Both the position numbers and the translations under genes were made by a program. Shown one piece after another: positions 63,385-64,000 of a DNA stretch of 64,000 nt (positions are counted from its first letter, which is position 1; each line of letters opens with the position of its first letter). The stretch spans positions 69,130,001 through 69,194,000 of the forward strand of contig OX597831.1 in NCBI GenBank assembly GCA_951406725.2, in the 5' to 3' direction. This DNA is from Octopus vulgaris. Taxonomy: Eukaryota. Under the pieces are notes generated by a model. It saw only the letters and a program-made list of their open reading frames with translations, was not told where the DNA came from and searched no databases.

Positions 63385-64000
63385 TCGAAATTTAGGTCTC
63401 ACCTTCGAACTTTAGGTCTCACCAAGGAAATGACTAGAGACCGAGAACTATGGAAGTATGCTGTGCGTGAGAAGACCCGGCAAGACTAGTGAGGCCATAA
63501 CCAGTGGCCCCTACCTGGGACGTAGTCAGTCCACCTGTGCATACCTTCCTTCTTGTGATACTTGTGAAGACCTGTTGAGGCATGTGAAAATCAAACCAAA
63601 TCAAAATAGATGAACATCAATGGAATTTGTATCTTTGTGGTACCAGTGCCGGTGGCACATAAGAAAACCATCCGAACGTGGCCGTAGCCAGTACCGCATT
63701 GACTGGCCTCCGTGCTGTGGGCATGTAACAAACACCATCCGATCGTGGCCGTTCGACAGCCTTGTCTGGCACCTGTGTCGGTGGCACATAAAAAACACCA
63801 TCCGAGCGTGGCCGTCTGCCAGCCTCGTCTGGCACCTGTGTCGGTGGCACATAAAAAACACCATCCGAGCATGGCTGTTCGCCAGCCTCGTCTGGCACCT
63901 GTGTCGGTGGCACATAAAATCACCCACTACACTCTCGGAGTGGTTGGCGTTAGGAAGGGCATCCAGCTGTAGAAACACTGCCAGATCTGACTGGCCTGGT
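63385..64000 (+). mobile_element. 5'-truncated RTE LINE 3' end (last codons plus UTR with hairpin repeats), runs off the window
   Basis: LGLTKEMTRDRELWKYAVREKTRQD** followed by a UTR with about 61-bp GTG(C/T)CGGTGGCAC units. Confidence 0.88.

Overview
This is AT-rich, repeat-saturated eukaryotic DNA. The SINE families and the dense (TA)n/(CA)n/(CATA)n microsatellites look like an octopus (coleoid cephalopod) genome; that is an inference from repeat recognition, not a database match. I found no convincing host protein-coding gene, rRNA, true tRNA or CRISPR array, so the window is probably intronic or intergenic. Nearly all ORFs in the supplied track are microsatellite, SINE or satellite artefacts. 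Contents: at least four tRNA-derived SINE families (about 30 copies, with swapped modules); RTE and CR1 LINE remnants, one with an open RT frame containing a PHD finger; several Penelope-like element (PLE) fragments with RT or GIY-YIG remnants and inverted or tandem pseudo-LTRs; DNA transposons (Helitron, piggyBac-like, hAT, Tc2/pogo-like, Tc1/mariner, Chapaev3-like and a Ginger-like element carrying a 44-bp array); and a 3.8-kb 48-bp satellite. The most interesting signal is a set of hammerhead-ribozyme folds read by eye in sequence-unrelated PLE-like repeats. Two have complete cores (56982-57074 + and 63259-63365 -). Four share an unusually long loop II (52-72 nt), and three of these have a self-complementary stem III. 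All structures and coordinates were read manually and need computational confirmation.
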